Of a stretch of DNA of 64,000 nt, positions 62,950 to 64,000 are shown piece by piece. Numbering within the stretch: position 1 is the stretch's first letter; the number at the start of each line of letters is the position of its first letter. A program made the translations under genes and the position numbers. Source of the stretch: Sminthopsis crassicaudata (lineage: Eukaryota); assembly GCF_048593235.1 (NCBI RefSeq), contig NC_133620.1, positions 37,078,852 through 37,142,851 on the forward strand, read 5' to 3'. The notes below the pieces were generated by a model. That model was not told where the DNA came from and did no database searches. It was given only the letters and a program-made list of their open reading frames with translations.

Positions 62950-63319
62950 TTTTTAAAGATAGAAAGGGATTCTATTCTTTTAAGGACTGCAAAACACAGG
63001 ATGGAAGGCAAATGCTTTTTTTATTCATTTTAACCAATATCCAGGAAGTTTGTACTATGTGGCAAGCATTTGTACACAAAGACAATTTCTACCCTCAAGG
63101 TGTTTATAATCTGAGAGAAGGGAGGAGGACCAACACTAAGAAATAGGATCTCCCATTTAATTAGTAGGAAGCCTAAGTAAACAAATGGGAAGTGAATGAT
63201 CCAAAGGTATGCAAAGAATTTAACAAACACTAAGCTGCCCCACTACCCCCATATCACTTGATATCTGTATGTCAAGTTTCAAATAATTTTCATATGATTA
63301 GCAGGAGTAATTAATATGG

Positions 63320-63575
63320 GAGGGGCAGCTAGAAAGCAGGAGTAAGGAAGACTCATATTTGGGTGTTCAAATTGGCCTAAGACACTTACTAGCTGTGTGA
63401 CCTAGGCAAGTCACGTAACCCTGTCTGCCTCAGTTTCCTCATCTGTAAAATGAACTGGAAAAGGAATTGGCAAACCATTTCGGTATCTTTGCCCCCCCCA
63501 AAAAAAAATCATAATAAATCCAAATGGAGTTATACAAAGTTGGACACTGCTGAAAATGATTGAATAATAATAAGT
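63320..63575 (+). mobile_element. MAR1-like SINE
   Basis: ggggcagctag…gacacttactagctgtgtgacctaggcaag…aaggaattggcaaaccatt…gttggacactgctgaaaatgattgaa. Confidence 0.8.
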
Positions 63576-64000
63576 AAATATTATGCAGACTCTATGAAAC
63601 TATTGGTCTGATGCCTAATTGTTAAGAGGAAGTGACCTTGAATCCTCAAGGCTATGTCAACAACAAGTAAGTTCTGGTAGAGCAAAGAGTAGGAAGTGGA
63701 CCTTTGATTTCGTTGGGATAGAGAGCTTCCCAGAAGAGAAAGTCTTCTCTGCTGCTCAGAGTCTTAGAGGGTATCCCATAGAATTGAGACATTAAGGGAC
63801 AGGTCCAATATCATATTGCTAAGATGTGTCAGAGACTTGAACCCAGGCCTTCATGGCTCCAAGTCCAAAGCACACCATGGTATCTCTAAGCTGTGATTGA
63901 GTTCAATCAATTTGGAACTGGTTCCTAAATTATTTTTGCAATGGACTTTACCTATCACCTAAGGCTCAACCCTGCTAAGATGCTTATTACCAGAGGGGAT

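Noticed and set aside
1-64000. Rsx (marsupial X-inactivation lncRNA) or another known repeat-array RNA
   Set aside because: No kilobase-scale tandem arrays of short complex monomers are present.

Overview
Repeat-rich, AT-rich, CpG-poor marsupial genomic DNA from a gapped short-read assembly (12 N-gaps). The SINE and L1 repertoire (WSINE1-like, MAR1-like, WALLSI-like SINEs and dasyurid-type L1 3' ends) points to an Australian marsupial, possibly a dasyurid such as the Tasmanian devil; this is inference. I recognise no intact host protein-coding gene. The only convincing coding homologies are disabled LINE ORF2 fragments (L1 at 33.5-35.1 kb and 55.7-56.8 kb, CR1/L3 at 0.2-1.1 kb and 25.9-26.2 kb). 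All other long ORFs are microsatellite, N-gap or antisense-L1 artefacts. The window looks like a large intron or gene desert with several repeat-free candidate enhancers and one CpG-retaining promoter-like zone at about 58-60.8 kb that straddles a 613-nt gap. The most unusual structures are: (1) a 220-bp TG...CA element with perfect 96-bp inverted arms, inserted with a 5-6 bp target duplication inside an L1 3'UTR (37367-37586); (2) a 211-bp inverted copy of sequence 1.6 kb away, flanked by a 15-bp direct repeat (7860-8070); and (3) an exact 50-bp local copy pasted into a SINE (40098-40147). Repeat family names come from recalled consensus features, and most repeat boundaries are approximate. 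I cannot claim a new biological system from sequence alone.
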